A stretch of 64,000 bases of DNA from an uncultured Marinobacterium sp. (GCA_947501565.1 CANMWJ010000002.1:348016-412015), one strand, 5' to 3'; positions 50,066 through 59,573 are shown, numbered from the stretch's first letter. Numbers and translations: made by a program. Notes: generated by a model from the letters alone, not told the origin.

Positions 50066-51076
50066 ATGAACACTCCTCACAGATTACAAAAGGGGCTGAC
50101 AACTGTTGAATATGCTGTAGTCGTAGCGGTACTCATCACAGGTATTATCAGTAGCTTCAACAATCTCGGTTCCGCCGTGGGAAACAGCATCGGCGATCTC
50201 GCTGGCATAATGGACTACGGCGATACGTCGGGTTCATCCTCCTCCTGGTATGGCGGCTCCAGCTCCGGCAGTGGCTCGGGTTCCTCCTCATCTACAAACT
50301 CCAATGACAGTTCATCTGGTGGTTACGGCGGTTCGGGTTCCTCTATAACGTCCGGTGGGGGTAGCAGTGCATCCAATCCGGATACAAGTGGCAATGGAGC
50401 CGGTGGCGTTACAGGCGGAGGGACAGATAGTGGTATCGCCGGCGGTGGCGGCACAGCAGACAGCGGTTCAGGTGTCGGTGGTGGAGGTACTTCAGGATCT
50501 GGTGGATCTGGTGGAACCTCAGGTGGCGGCGGCGCAGGTGGGAATAGCATCGCTGGCGGTGGCGGTGGATCAGGAGGCTCAGGTTCCGGAGGAAGCGCTA
50601 CGTCAGGAGGAGGTTCCGGTGGTGGTAGTTCAGTTGGTGGCGGCGGTATCGTTGCATCAACCGGGACTGGCGGTGGTTCGGGTAACGGACCAGGCAGCGA
50701 AGAATCGGCCGGCGGTGGCAGTGGCGGAAGCGGTTCTGGTAGCGGTTCTGGTACTGGCGGCACAATCACACTCACCGTTGAGGAGATCGAATATAACGGC
50801 TATGCCGCTGCAGACACCGCATCTGGTAGCACTGAAACAGGCATAGGTGGCTCCTCAGAGGAGATCGGCGGTTACGGCACCACAATGACGGCTGGTAACC
50901 ATCAGAGCAAACAGCAGATGCAGGAAGTGGCCTCGCCAAACGCAGCGCTGGGTACAACCTTCTGGTTGCTACTTCTTCTTATCTTCCCGCTTATCTGGTA
51001 CCTGTTGTCACGTATTATAAAAGATTCCGATAACACCACACCAAAACGTAAGCGCACCTCGATGCGCTCGGTGTAA
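50066..51076 (+). CDS. Flp-pilin-like N-terminus fused to a ~230-aa Gly/Ser-rich low-complexity region and a C-terminal TM anchor
   Basis: KGLTTVEYAVVVAVLITGII matches the Flp G-x4-EY motif plus helix. Long (GGS/GSG)n tracts. C-terminal FWLLLLLIFPLIWYLL. Start at ATG 50066; the track TTG is at 50036. Confidence 0.5.
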   Translation: MNTPHRLQKGLTTVEYAVVVAVLITGIISSFNNLGSAVGNSIGDLAGIMDYGDTSGSSSSWYGGSSSGSGSGSSSSTNSNDSSSGGYGGSGSSITSGGGSSASNPDTSGNGAGGVTGGGTDSGIAGGGGTADSGSGVGGGGTSGSGGSGGTSGGGGAGGNSIAGGGGGSGGSGSGGSATSGGGSGGGSSVGGGGIVASTGTGGGSGNGPGSEESAGGGSGGSGSGSGSGTGGTITLTVEEIEYNGYAAADTASGSTETGIGGSSEEIGGYGTTMTAGNHQSKQQMQEVASPNAALGTTFWLLLLLIFPLIWYLLSRIIKDSDNTTPKRKRTSMRSV

Positions 51077-51226
51077 CACCATCTCACCCAGGACACAGCG
51101 GCACCTTCTTACGCTTAACCATCTTACGCTGTGTCCTGATCGTTTGATCCATTCTCCCGTTTCAACGTACATTTAAACAAGATATATCTACCCTCCTCTT
51201 CGAATGGAATGTTAAGAAGGATCGCT

Positions 51227-52156
51227 ATGAATCGTTTTATCGCATTAATCACTTGCCTACTGGTTAGCACCAGCGTTTATGCAAACGAATGGCGGTCCAC
51301 ACTTAACCGTGACCATCCTCTGGCGGGTAGCATCTACAATCTCTCCTCACTGGAGCCGGTAACCGAAGATGTTCTTCTTCAGAGTCTTAATCGCGCCCCG
51401 GTGGTGCTGATTGGAGAAAAGCACGATAACGCCGATCACCACGTCATCGAGGAGCGGATACTCAATACCCTGCTCTCAGGCGCCGGTAACGCCTCAGTGA
51501 TCTACGAGATGCTAACGGTTGCGCGACAACCGGATATGGCAGTTCTTTCGCCACAGGACGATTCAGAGAGTCTGAAGAGTAAGTTGAACTGGAACGACAG
51601 AAGTTGGCCCTGGAAGCATTACGGGCCGGTGGTGGAAACAACGGTAAAGAACAACGCCACGCTGTTGGCAGGCAATATAACTAAAGAGCAGATACGTACG
51701 ATCTATCGTCAAGGGCGTGACGCTATACAGGCAGACGAGAAACTTCACACGGCCTTGAATATTGAGGGCGGTGTGCGCGATCAGCTGCTTGACACGGTTT
51801 ACACCGAACACTGCATGATGATGCCTAAATCGAAGCTGGCCCCTATGGTGGACATTCAACTCGCGCGGGACGCTTATATGGCGTCGGTAATTGCTACGTC
51901 GGCAGAGACTGGAAAAACGGTATTGATCGCGGGTGGTTACCACGTGAGAAAAGACAGTGCCGTTCCCCTGCATTTAAAGAAGCTGAAGCCAGAGCTTAAA
52001 CCACTGGTCGTTATGTTGGCTGAGGTTAATCCTGAAATATCTGATATCCCCGCCTATATGCTCTCTCTGCGCGAGATTGCAGATTATGTATGGTTTACAC
52101 CACGCTCAACTGATCGGGACTACTGCGAAGACCTGAAACCCGCACATAAAAAGTAA
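51227..52156 (+). CDS. ChaN-family (DUF399, haem/iron-associated) periplasmic lipoprotein-like protein
   Basis: Signal peptide MNRFIALITCLLVSTSVYA. Conserved VVLIGEKHDNADHH and GGYHV blocks. AAGAAGGA SD. Confidence 0.55.
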   Translation: MNRFIALITCLLVSTSVYANEWRSTLNRDHPLAGSIYNLSSLEPVTEDVLLQSLNRAPVVLIGEKHDNADHHVIEERILNTLLSGAGNASVIYEMLTVARQPDMAVLSPQDDSESLKSKLNWNDRSWPWKHYGPVVETTVKNNATLLAGNITKEQIRTIYRQGRDAIQADEKLHTALNIEGGVRDQLLDTVYTEHCMMMPKSKLAPMVDIQLARDAYMASVIATSAETGKTVLIAGGYHVRKDSAVPLHLKKLKPELKPLVVMLAEVNPEISDIPAYMLSLREIADYVWFTPRSTDRDYCEDLKPAHKK

Positions 52157-52167
52157 TCTGCGGATAT

Positions 52168-52551
52168 TTACCAGCGCACGACTGAGCCGTTGTCGTACAC
52201 CATGTCAGACTGGGTAAGCTGACAGTTAATAGACACCTGGTTTACCGATACCTGCATGCCTTCAGCGATCAGGTCTGCCAGTACGGCTAGCATCAGTTCT
52301 ATTGTTGTCTGCTCATTACAGTCGGGCAGCAACAGGTCAACCAATATGGGCGGCTCTCCCTGCTCGGCGTTAGAGCATGCTCTGCCATTTACCACCATCT
52401 GCGTCGGCTGCAGCGGATTCCAGACAAGTGTCAGTTGCTTGGGATTCAGCCTGAAGCGATCACAAAATCCCCCTGCAATCTCTTCCAGGCACGCCGCCGT
52501 CACTTCTGATTCAGGCTCTACTCCGCACATGCGAATTATGGGCATTGGCAC
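52168..52551 (-). CDS. Hypothetical small protein (possible tautomerase-superfamily member, N-terminal Pro after Met)
   Basis: 127-aa ORF starting MPMPIIRM. No clear motif. Confidence 0.35.
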   Translation of the reverse strand: MPMPIIRMCGVEPESEVTAACLEEIAGGFCDRFRLNPKQLTLVWNPLQPTQMVVNGRACSNAEQGEPPILVDLLLPDCNEQTTIELMLAVLADLIAEGMQVSVNQVSINCQLTQSDMVYDNGSVVRW

Positions 52552-52639
52552 ACTCCGTTTAGCGATTGATCATTAGTAAAGCACAATTTCAGGAGATCAA
52601 CGCCGGGATACCCACTATTACGTCGCAGTAATAAAGCTA

Positions 52640-52933
52640 AGCCGTAAATTACGAAATACTTCGTATTGCTGTAGTACCGGTTTAAGTCCTAAATTACTTG
52701 TAACTGCTTCGGTATCTCCAGCGAATTTACCAGCAGTCAAAGCCGAATGGGGACTTCCACTTTCAAAGCCGAAGATAAGCGGAAGTTCCAGAGAGCAAGG
52801 ATGCTCTTAGAACTACCGTAAGGAAACACGTAGTAAAGATTTCCAGCAGTGAAGAGTTTGTTCAAAGCCGAGAATTAACTTTGCACTGTACCTCTCCTAA
52901 GGGCACGCTGTGAGTGCCCTTTTCTATTTCTCC
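52640..52933 (+). ncRNA. Candidate small RNA ending in an intrinsic terminator
   Basis: ~300-nt ORF-free stretch ending in GGGCAC-GCTGTGA-GTGCCC + TTTTCTATTTCTC at 52901..52933. Contains repeated CAAAGCCGA motifs and GGA-in-loop hairpins (AGCA-AGGA-TGCT, CGT-AAGGAAAC-ACG). Confidence 0.3.
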
Positions 52934-52956
52934 CATACCAAAAGCCCAAATACATT

Positions 52957-53536
52957 GTAGGTTTGCGACGAGCGAAGCGACTCCCAACGAAACCACGCCC
53001 GTGCTTTGAGTATGAATCATAAATACCATGAGAATTGTCAGGCATCGCTGCGCTACGATGATTGGCGTATGTTTCAGATTAACTCCCCATACGCGCTGTT
53101 ATACCTGTAGGTTGGCCATCGCGCAGCGATGCCCAACAGAACCACTCCGTTTGATGTCCTGCCACAAAACCTTAGGACACGGTATTTATGAGATGTGGCG
53201 TTAGCCTATGAGTTTCAATTAAGTCGCTGCGTTGGGAGTCGCTTCGCTCGTCCCAACCTACCGGCAGATTTAAGCTTTAGTAACGATATTCGTTAGGTAT
53301 CGCTGCGCGATGACTAACCTACGATGATCGGCGGATGTGTAGCGTTCAGATTAACTCCCCTCACGCTCCGTTGTGCCGGTAGGTTGGCCATCGCGCAGCG
53401 ATGCCCAACAGATCTACTCCGCTTTAATGTTCTGCCTAAAAGCCTTAGGACACGGTATTGGTGAGGTTTGGCGTTAACCTATAAGTTTCGATTAAGTTGC
53501 TAGTGTTGGGAGTCGCTTCGCTCGTCACCAACCTAC
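52957..53536. repeat. Cluster of at least 6 REP units (both families) embedded in a ~255-bp tandem duplication
   Basis: Units at 52957-88, 53107-37, 53231-62, 53292-322 (degenerate), 53378-409 and 53505-36. The inter-REP spacers 53041-53290 and 53292-53545 are ~85% identical. Confidence 0.7.
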
Positions 53537-53543
53537 GGGAAAA

Positions 53544-53578
53544 GATAAAAAAGCGGGAATCCGTTTCCAGATTCCCGC
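53544..53578 (-). terminator. Intrinsic terminator downstream of ALDH (53698..55110)
   Basis: Minus-strand GCGGGAATC-TGGAAACG-GATTCCCGC followed by TTTTTTAT. Confidence 0.65.
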
Positions 53579-53697
53579 AAACTCCAGCATGAGAAAAGAA
53601 ATATGCCAGCACAGGGATGAAACATTGAAGGCTGTGGGACGGAAACCCGCCCCACCAATGTTGAAGAAATGACGTTGCTCAGAATTGAGCGGAGGTA

Positions 53698-55110
53698 TTA
53701 CTTGTTGATGTTCAGAGTCTGAGGCACGGTGTATTCCAGCAGGCCTTCCTGACCGAATTCGACACCGAAACCAGACATCTTGCAGCCACCGAATGGCGCG
53801 TGTGGCAGTACTTCAGCGTGACCGTTAACCCACGCAGTACCACATTCCAGACGCAGAGCCACTTTCTGTGCTTCAGCGGTGTCAGCGGACCATACAGAGC
53901 CACCCAGGCCAACTTCGCAAGCGTTTGCACGTGCGACCGCTTCATCGACATCGCTGTAACGGATTACCGGCAGTGCAGGACCAAACTGCTCTTCAGCAAC
54001 GATTCGCATCTCGTCGGTTACGTTCGCTACGATGGTTGGTGGGTAGAAGTAACCCTTGCCTTCCAGCGGCTCGCCGCCACAGAGTACGTCTGCACCCTGT
54101 TCACGCGCATCGTCAACCAGTGCTTTCACAAGTTCAAACTGATCTTTGTTCTGGATCGGACCAAAGGTCACGCCCTCTTCCAGGCCATTGCCAACATTCT
54201 GGGCATTAGCAATCGCCACCAGTTTTTCACACAGCGCGTCGTACTGGCTGTCGTGTACGTACAGACGTTTCAGTGCTGCACAGGTCTGGCCCATGTTCAG
54301 GAATGCGGTCTGGAAGATGCCTTCTGCGATCGCGTCCAGATCAGAATCTGGCAGGATGATACCGGCGTCGTTACCGCCCAGCTCCAGCGTCAGACGTTTC
54401 AGGTTGCTTGCAGCGCTGCGCATGATGGTTTGACCGGTCGGTGTGGAACCGGTGAAGACGATCTTGCGGATCTTGTCGTGGCTGGTCATGCCGCTACCGA
54501 TGCCGCTCTCACCGGTTACGATGTTCATTACACCCGCTGGCACCTCTTCGTTGATGATCTCAGCTAGCAACAGGGTGTTAAACGGCGTCATACCGGATGG
54601 TTTGGATACCACGGTGTTGCCAGTACGCAGGGCTGGCATGATGTGCCATACCGCAATCATCAGGGGCCAGTTCCACGGTGTGATGGAACCTACCACGCCC
54701 AATGGCTTGCGGTGTAGCTCAATACGTTTGTTTTCGCTGTCTTCCAGTACTTCAACCGGAATTTCCAGGTCCGCTGTGTAGCGGGTCCAGGCAACGGCAC
54801 CGCCTACTTCCGCCTGTGCCAGGAACATCGGTTTACCCTGCTCCTGAACGATTACAGACGCCAGTTCTTCAGCGTTAGCTTCGATGCGATCAGCAATACG
54901 GTGCAGTGTTGCTTTCAGTTCGTCATCGCTGGTGTGCTGCCAGGATTTAAATGCTTCCTCTGCGGCGTCAATGGCGCTGTTCAGCTGATCTACAGACGCG
55001 TACGGACACGCCGCAACAACCTCTTCGGTTGCCGGGTTGATCACGTCAAACGTGCCTCGGCCGCCTGCAACTTTCTCACCGTTGATAATCAGATTGTATT
55101 CTCTTTGCAT
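53698..55110 (-). CDS. NAD-dependent aldehyde dehydrogenase (aminobutyraldehyde/betaine-aldehyde DH-like)
   Basis: ALDH Glu (ELGGND) and Cys (GQTCAALKR) motifs. ATG start. Confidence 0.8.
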   Translation of the reverse strand: MQREYNLIINGEKVAGGRGTFDVINPATEEVVAACPYASVDQLNSAIDAAEEAFKSWQHTSDDELKATLHRIADRIEANAEELASVIVQEQGKPMFLAQAEVGGAVAWTRYTADLEIPVEVLEDSENKRIELHRKPLGVVGSITPWNWPLMIAVWHIMPALRTGNTVVSKPSGMTPFNTLLLAEIINEEVPAGVMNIVTGESGIGSGMTSHDKIRKIVFTGSTPTGQTIMRSAASNLKRLTLELGGNDAGIILPDSDLDAIAEGIFQTAFLNMGQTCAALKRLYVHDSQYDALCEKLVAIANAQNVGNGLEEGVTFGPIQNKDQFELVKALVDDAREQGADVLCGGEPLEGKGYFYPPTIVANVTDEMRIVAEEQFGPALPVIRYSDVDEAVARANACEVGLGGSVWSADTAEAQKVALRLECGTAWVNGHAEVLPHAPFGGCKMSGFGVEFGQEGLLEYTVPQTLNINK

Positions 55111-55193
55111 GGAGGTTGGTCCTTATCGATTGTTATAGCTATTAAAGCCGGGCCTCCTGCAAGACCCGGCTGGATTCGTGACCGTTACTTAAC

Positions 55194-56489
55194 TTAGAAC
55201 GGCACGATCGCCAGTACCTGGAAGTAGGTATTGGTGTCGTCATTACCCTGAGAGCTGGCCGCAGAATCAGGTGTAAAGAAACCCAGCAGAGGGCTGATGA
55301 TCAGGTTGTCGTTTACAACCCACTCTGCGTACAGGTTCAGCTCCTGCGCATCAGAACGGCCTGCAGCACCGCTGGTGTCTTCGAAATCGAAGAACAGCGC
55401 GCCGACAGTCAACAGTTCAGATGGGTTGGCTTTCACGCCGATGTGATGAACGTCCACGCCGGTGTTACCCGGACCTGCAGCTGCGTAGTTCGCCCATACC
55501 TCACCCTGGAACCAGGTGCCGTAGCCACGGTTAAAGCCGGTAAACAGCTGGTCGTAACCTTTATCGAAGCTGCTGTAGCGGTAGTTAACGCTTGGAGACC
55601 AGGCTACGTCTGCGAACGTCCAGCCACCTTCCACGTACCATGCATTGGCATCAGCAGAGTTGTTGCCCTGAGTCTGGTCTACGTATTCAGCAGACAGGAA
55701 CAGGTTTTCAACACCGGCATTACCCTGGTAACGCAGGCTGATGTTTTTCTGGCCGTCACGCTGTGGGTTATCGAATGCGCCACCGGCGATGCCTGTTGGC
55801 GTAGTGTCCAGACCTTTCAGGTACATCAGACCGAAGGTACCGATGTCGCTGTTATGCTCGACGTTAATACCTGCCATTTCAACCTGGCCCTGAGCCTTGT
55901 TGTCAGACTCGAACCAGAAAACGTCAGAGCGCAGACCGGTTTCACCGCCCACTTTCAACCATGCGGTTTTGTCGAACGCTTTACGCGCAGCCAGCCAGTA
56001 AGCACCACCACGGCTCAGTTCGGAATCAATCGCATCACCGAAGTTCAGGGAGTCACCGTTCATCAGGAAACCGTCACCGAGGGTGATGTTCTGACGACCG
56101 ATAGACAGATCAAACATATCGTTACGGAAACCCGCGTACAGATCTTCAACCTCTGTATCACGCTCATTACCGCTGGTTACACCAGACGCTTCACCGTCTC
56201 CCCATGCGCCTGCAGACAGCAGGCTTGCCGCACCGTATACAGCACCGCCAGCCATCTCCTGGCTACCGGACAAACCGTACTTGGCGTAGGCTTCGGTCCA
56301 GCTTGGTTTGCTTTCTGCGTTGCCGTAGGTCTCCTGAGAGCTGAAGTAACCTACGATCACTTCCAGATCAAAGTTCAGCTCGGTACCGTTCTCATCGATC
56401 AGGTTGTAAGCCGATGCAGTACCTGAAGCAGCAGCGATGGCCGCCCCCAGCAGGCAAGCAGATGCGCGGCGCATCATCTTGGATTTCAT
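55194..56489 (-). CDS. Outer-membrane beta-barrel porin-like protein, paralog of 14128..15456
   Basis: Signal peptide MKSKMMRRASACLLGAAIAAASGTASA. Conserved blocks NAWYVEGGWTFADV, YGTWFQGEV. C-terminal ...AIVPF. ATG 56489 has a GGAGG SD; the track TTG is at 56507. Confidence 0.65.
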   Translation of the reverse strand: MKSKMMRRASACLLGAAIAAASGTASAYNLIDENGTELNFDLEVIVGYFSSQETYGNAESKPSWTEAYAKYGLSGSQEMAGGAVYGAASLLSAGAWGDGEASGVTSGNERDTEVEDLYAGFRNDMFDLSIGRQNITLGDGFLMNGDSLNFGDAIDSELSRGGAYWLAARKAFDKTAWLKVGGETGLRSDVFWFESDNKAQGQVEMAGINVEHNSDIGTFGLMYLKGLDTTPTGIAGGAFDNPQRDGQKNISLRYQGNAGVENLFLSAEYVDQTQGNNSADANAWYVEGGWTFADVAWSPSVNYRYSSFDKGYDQLFTGFNRGYGTWFQGEVWANYAAAGPGNTGVDVHHIGVKANPSELLTVGALFFDFEDTSGAAGRSDAQELNLYAEWVVNDNLIISPLLGFFTPDSAASSQGNDDTNTYFQVLAIVPF

Positions 56490-56625
56490 CGTGTTCGTCC
56501 TCCGCAATAGCGTATTTTTATTTGTTGTTATGCTGAATCGGTGCGCTATACAGGAAGGGGAGCTGCTAACCGCATCAATTCATGACGTAAAGGTTACGTG
56601 GTGGCTGTAAACAGGATTTGCGGGC

Positions 56626-56665
56626 GATGTAGAGAGTTGTGCGTAGATGTAACGAGATGTAGCAC
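56626..56665. promoter_or_regulatory. 10-bp phased GATGTA direct repeats upstream of the porin-ALDH operon
   Basis: GATGTAGAGA GTTGTGCGTA GATGTAACGA GATGTAGCAC. Confidence 0.4.
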
Positions 56666-56740
56666 CCGTATCACACAAGCGAATTAAGAGCCTGTATTAA
56701 CCGGGTTGAAGGGGCAGATTTGTGGCCCGCCCGAAAACGG

Positions 56741-57640
56741 CTATCGGGCGGTACGCCAGAAACGACGGTTGTTGATGCTCAGGATCACACCGTCTTTGGT
56801 AATCTCCTGCAACACCAGGCCGCGTTCGATGGTATCCCCCTCCCCTAAACGCTTACCGTTGATCTTAACCATGCGCGACCTTGGCGTTTTGGAGAAGATA
56901 TGAACGGTAAAATTTAGCTCAGGGATCGTGCGCTGCACGTTGACCGGGAGCTGCTTCTGATGAGGAATGCCGTTGTACGGGTCAGGTTGTGCGGGTGCTG
57001 GAGCCGGTACCGGCTTGGCAGGTGATGCGTCGGCCAGCGCACCCACTGATGCCGCCAGCTTTTTAACCACTTCGGGTTTACTGGCTGATGCAGGCGTAGC
57101 TTTCGCGACCGTAGGTCTGGGTGGGGGTGGGGCTGTCTGAGTTGGCCTGGTGCTACGGGGAGGCGCAGAACTGCTGGTAAGCTGGTCCCGAATGGCGTTC
57201 TCAGCATAACGGGTGGGAGCGACCGACATATCGTTAGCACGCGCGCTGGCCGTACGGATCTTAACGTTCTCAACCTCCGCCAGTGCTTCTGCTGACAACA
57301 ACCAGTCATCATTGCGCAATGGGGGTTCTACCGCGGTAATGGGCAATGGAACGCTCATGCTCGAATTGGCCTGGGGTGCTACTGGGATTGGTTGCACCTC
57401 CGTCCTCACTGGTGCCGCCTGTGTCGGCGTTTCTGATGACTCAGTTAACGTCGCATAGATTCCCGCACTGCTTACCGCCAGGATAGTCACAGCCAACGCC
57501 ACGACCCCCGCCCACATATAGGGGATTGGCCTGCCATCCCGGGTCTCTACCAGCTGTAATGGTTGCGTACGGAGATCGGGAATTTCACCTCTATGGCGGT
57601 CACGATCCGAGTGTTTCAGTGCATCGAGAATATATGACAT
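56741..57640 (-). CDS. gspB: GspB/ExeB-like type II secretion assembly protein
   Basis: N-terminus MSYILDALKHSDRDRHRG matches the GspB family. TM segment then a Pro/Ala-rich periplasmic region. Directly follows gspA. Confidence 0.65.
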   Translation of the reverse strand: MSYILDALKHSDRDRHRGEIPDLRTQPLQLVETRDGRPIPYMWAGVVALAVTILAVSSAGIYATLTESSETPTQAAPVRTEVQPIPVAPQANSSMSVPLPITAVEPPLRNDDWLLSAEALAEVENVKIRTASARANDMSVAPTRYAENAIRDQLTSSSAPPRSTRPTQTAPPPPRPTVAKATPASASKPEVVKKLAASVGALADASPAKPVPAPAPAQPDPYNGIPHQKQLPVNVQRTIPELNFTVHIFSKTPRSRMVKINGKRLGEGDTIERGLVLQEITKDGVILSINNRRFWRTAR

Positions 57641-57642
57641 GG

Positions 57643-59316
57643 TTAGGCGCCTCCCTGCTTATCTTGCAGTTGAGGCACATCACTCGATGAAACCGAGTTC
57701 AGCAGAATCGCCGTATGTGGTCCAACCACCCCATCGGGCACCAGTCCATGGCTGGTCTGGAAACGTTTCACCTGCCTGACAAGGCCACTGTCGTAGGTCT
57801 GCAAGCGGAAATAACGTGGCGCCCGGCTCTGGGCCAGCGCCAACTGACGATCCAGCCAGATCACTTCAGGGCCTGTCGTACCGGGATGAATAGGCGCCTT
57901 GTAGTGCTCGGGTACCCGCCACACCACCGTATATTTGCCGACTACCCAGAGCTTCAGGTCTTCAACCTTAACACGGCGTATTTCGCCAGCGATGGAGACA
58001 CGAGCGATACCCTCTTCAACACCAATCAACGTGGCAAAAAAGTTTTGCCCTTTGGCGTTAAACAGATTAATCACTGCCGGACGGTTCAGGTTGATCAGCT
58101 CTTCCAGGCTGCCGATATTAAAGAGGCATCGTAGACCATTTGTCTGGGCAAAGCGGCACACCGCCGGTTGTTTGCGCGGCTCATACGTAAGGTTCCATTC
58201 CGCCATGAGGGTCTTGTACGCCTGTACTTCGGTTCGGGCGGTATCGGTTCCGGTAGGCCACTGCCAGTTGGCTGGATTAGACAGTTCCTGCCCCCGCGTT
58301 ACTGTAGGCTGGGATGCTTGAAGTGACTCAGCCTTGCTGATGCCGGTGTTTATCAGCTCACTGGTTACGTTTTGCGCGGACTGAATCAGCTGATTTTCAG
58401 GCAACGCGCTATACACCGTCGCACCCAACCCTACTGCCAGCAGTAAAGAAGCCGCTAAAGCCACAGGTCGGGTGATTCGGCGCTTGCCACTGGCGAGACC
58501 ATGCGACGCGCCTTCACCAAATACTTCGTTGGCGGCTTTGCCCAGCGTATTCTCTTCGACACGGTTCTCCCTTTGAACATAAGCACCGAGCAACGCCCGG
58601 TCACAGATTATGTTTACTAAGCGCGGAATCCCCTGAGTGAGCTTATACAGACGCTTAATCGATGAGGGCGGAAATAGCTGACCATCCACGCCGGCGACAG
58701 ATAAGCGATGTGCGATATAGGCCGGCAACTCCTCCTGGGAGAGCGCGTGGAGATGGTAGCGTGCGGTAATCCGCTGGTTGACCTGACGAAGCTCCGGTTT
58801 CGAGAGCTTTTCAAGCAGTTCCGGCTGACCGATCAATATGATCTGCAGCAGCTTCTGCGTGTTGGTTTCCAGATTCGTCAGCAAACGTATGGTTTCTAAT
58901 ACCTCAACTGACAGGTTCTGGGCTTCATCGATAATCAGTACCGTATGCCTGCCTGCCCGATGATTGGCGAGAAGGTGCTCGTTGATCGCATCAACATACT
59001 CCTTTAACTCACCATCTTTCGGGCAATTTATCAGCAGATCGTCGCAAATCGCATCCAAAAGCTCTGTGGCGCTGAACTGCGGATTAAGAACGAATGCGAC
59101 CTCGGTGTTTTCCGGTAACTGTTCCAGTAAGCAACGTGACACCGTGGTTTTACCGGTACCCACTTCGCCAGTGAGCAGGACAAAGCCACCGTTACTGTTT
59201 ATGCCATAGAGAAGATGAGCAAGAGCCTCGCGGTGTTGCTCACTCATATAAAGGAAGCGCGGATCGGGCGCGATCGCGAAAGGCGGTTCTGATAATCCAA
59301 AGTAGTTGCTGTACAT
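57643..59316 (-). CDS. gspA: GspA/ExeA-like AAA ATPase with C-terminal peptidoglycan-binding domain
   Basis: MYSNYFGLSEPPF...LLTGEVGTGKTT has an ExeA N-terminus and Walker A. TM segment. C-terminal PG-binding motif FQTSHGLVPDGVVGPHT. AAGGGG SD at ATG 59316; the track ORF begins at 59358. Confidence 0.75.
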   Translation of the reverse strand: MYSNYFGLSEPPFAIAPDPRFLYMSEQHREALAHLLYGINSNGGFVLLTGEVGTGKTTVSRCLLEQLPENTEVAFVLNPQFSATELLDAICDDLLINCPKDGELKEYVDAINEHLLANHRAGRHTVLIIDEAQNLSVEVLETIRLLTNLETNTQKLLQIILIGQPELLEKLSKPELRQVNQRITARYHLHALSQEELPAYIAHRLSVAGVDGQLFPPSSIKRLYKLTQGIPRLVNIICDRALLGAYVQRENRVEENTLGKAANEVFGEGASHGLASGKRRITRPVALAASLLLAVGLGATVYSALPENQLIQSAQNVTSELINTGISKAESLQASQPTVTRGQELSNPANWQWPTGTDTARTEVQAYKTLMAEWNLTYEPRKQPAVCRFAQTNGLRCLFNIGSLEELINLNRPAVINLFNAKGQNFFATLIGVEEGIARVSIAGEIRRVKVEDLKLWVVGKYTVVWRVPEHYKAPIHPGTTGPEVIWLDRQLALAQSRAPRYFRLQTYDSGLVRQVKRFQTSHGLVPDGVVGPHTAILLNSVSSSDVPQLQDKQGGA

Positions 59317-59573
59317 GGCAAATACCCCTTGGTTACAGATACAAATATAGAACCGCACCAGAAGAAATGCTCAGTATTTGTACAGCAGTAATTACACATA
59401 CCAGGGAAATATATTCATGAAACTAACAGATCTAACTGCAATGTAACGCATGTTTAATAGCAGTGTATTGCATCGTTTTCACATCCCGCTTTCTATCTGA
59501 CAACTACAATTAACGTAACCATTAGCTGTGTACTTATTAATCAATCGTCCACCTTTTACAACAGGCGACAGCT

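Noticed and set aside
50323-50775. Pro-rich 150-aa ORF on the minus strand and a 163-aa plus-strand ORF overlapping the Gly/Ser-rich gene
   Set aside because: They are frame artefacts of the GGC/GGT/AGC repeat DNA. The Flp-like frame has the start signal and the TM anchor.
51090-51145. 12-bp perfect inverted repeat CAGGACACAGCG...CGCTGTGTCCTG after the Flp-like gene as an intrinsic terminator
   Set aside because: The 27-nt loop and lack of a U-tract make a canonical terminator unlikely. It may still be an RNA structure or protein-binding site.
52957-53536. Possible CRISPR array (regularly recurring ~31-nt repeats)
   Set aside because: The repeats are strongly palindromic REP units in alternating orientation with unequal spacers. 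The same units are scattered singly elsewhere. No cas genes are present.
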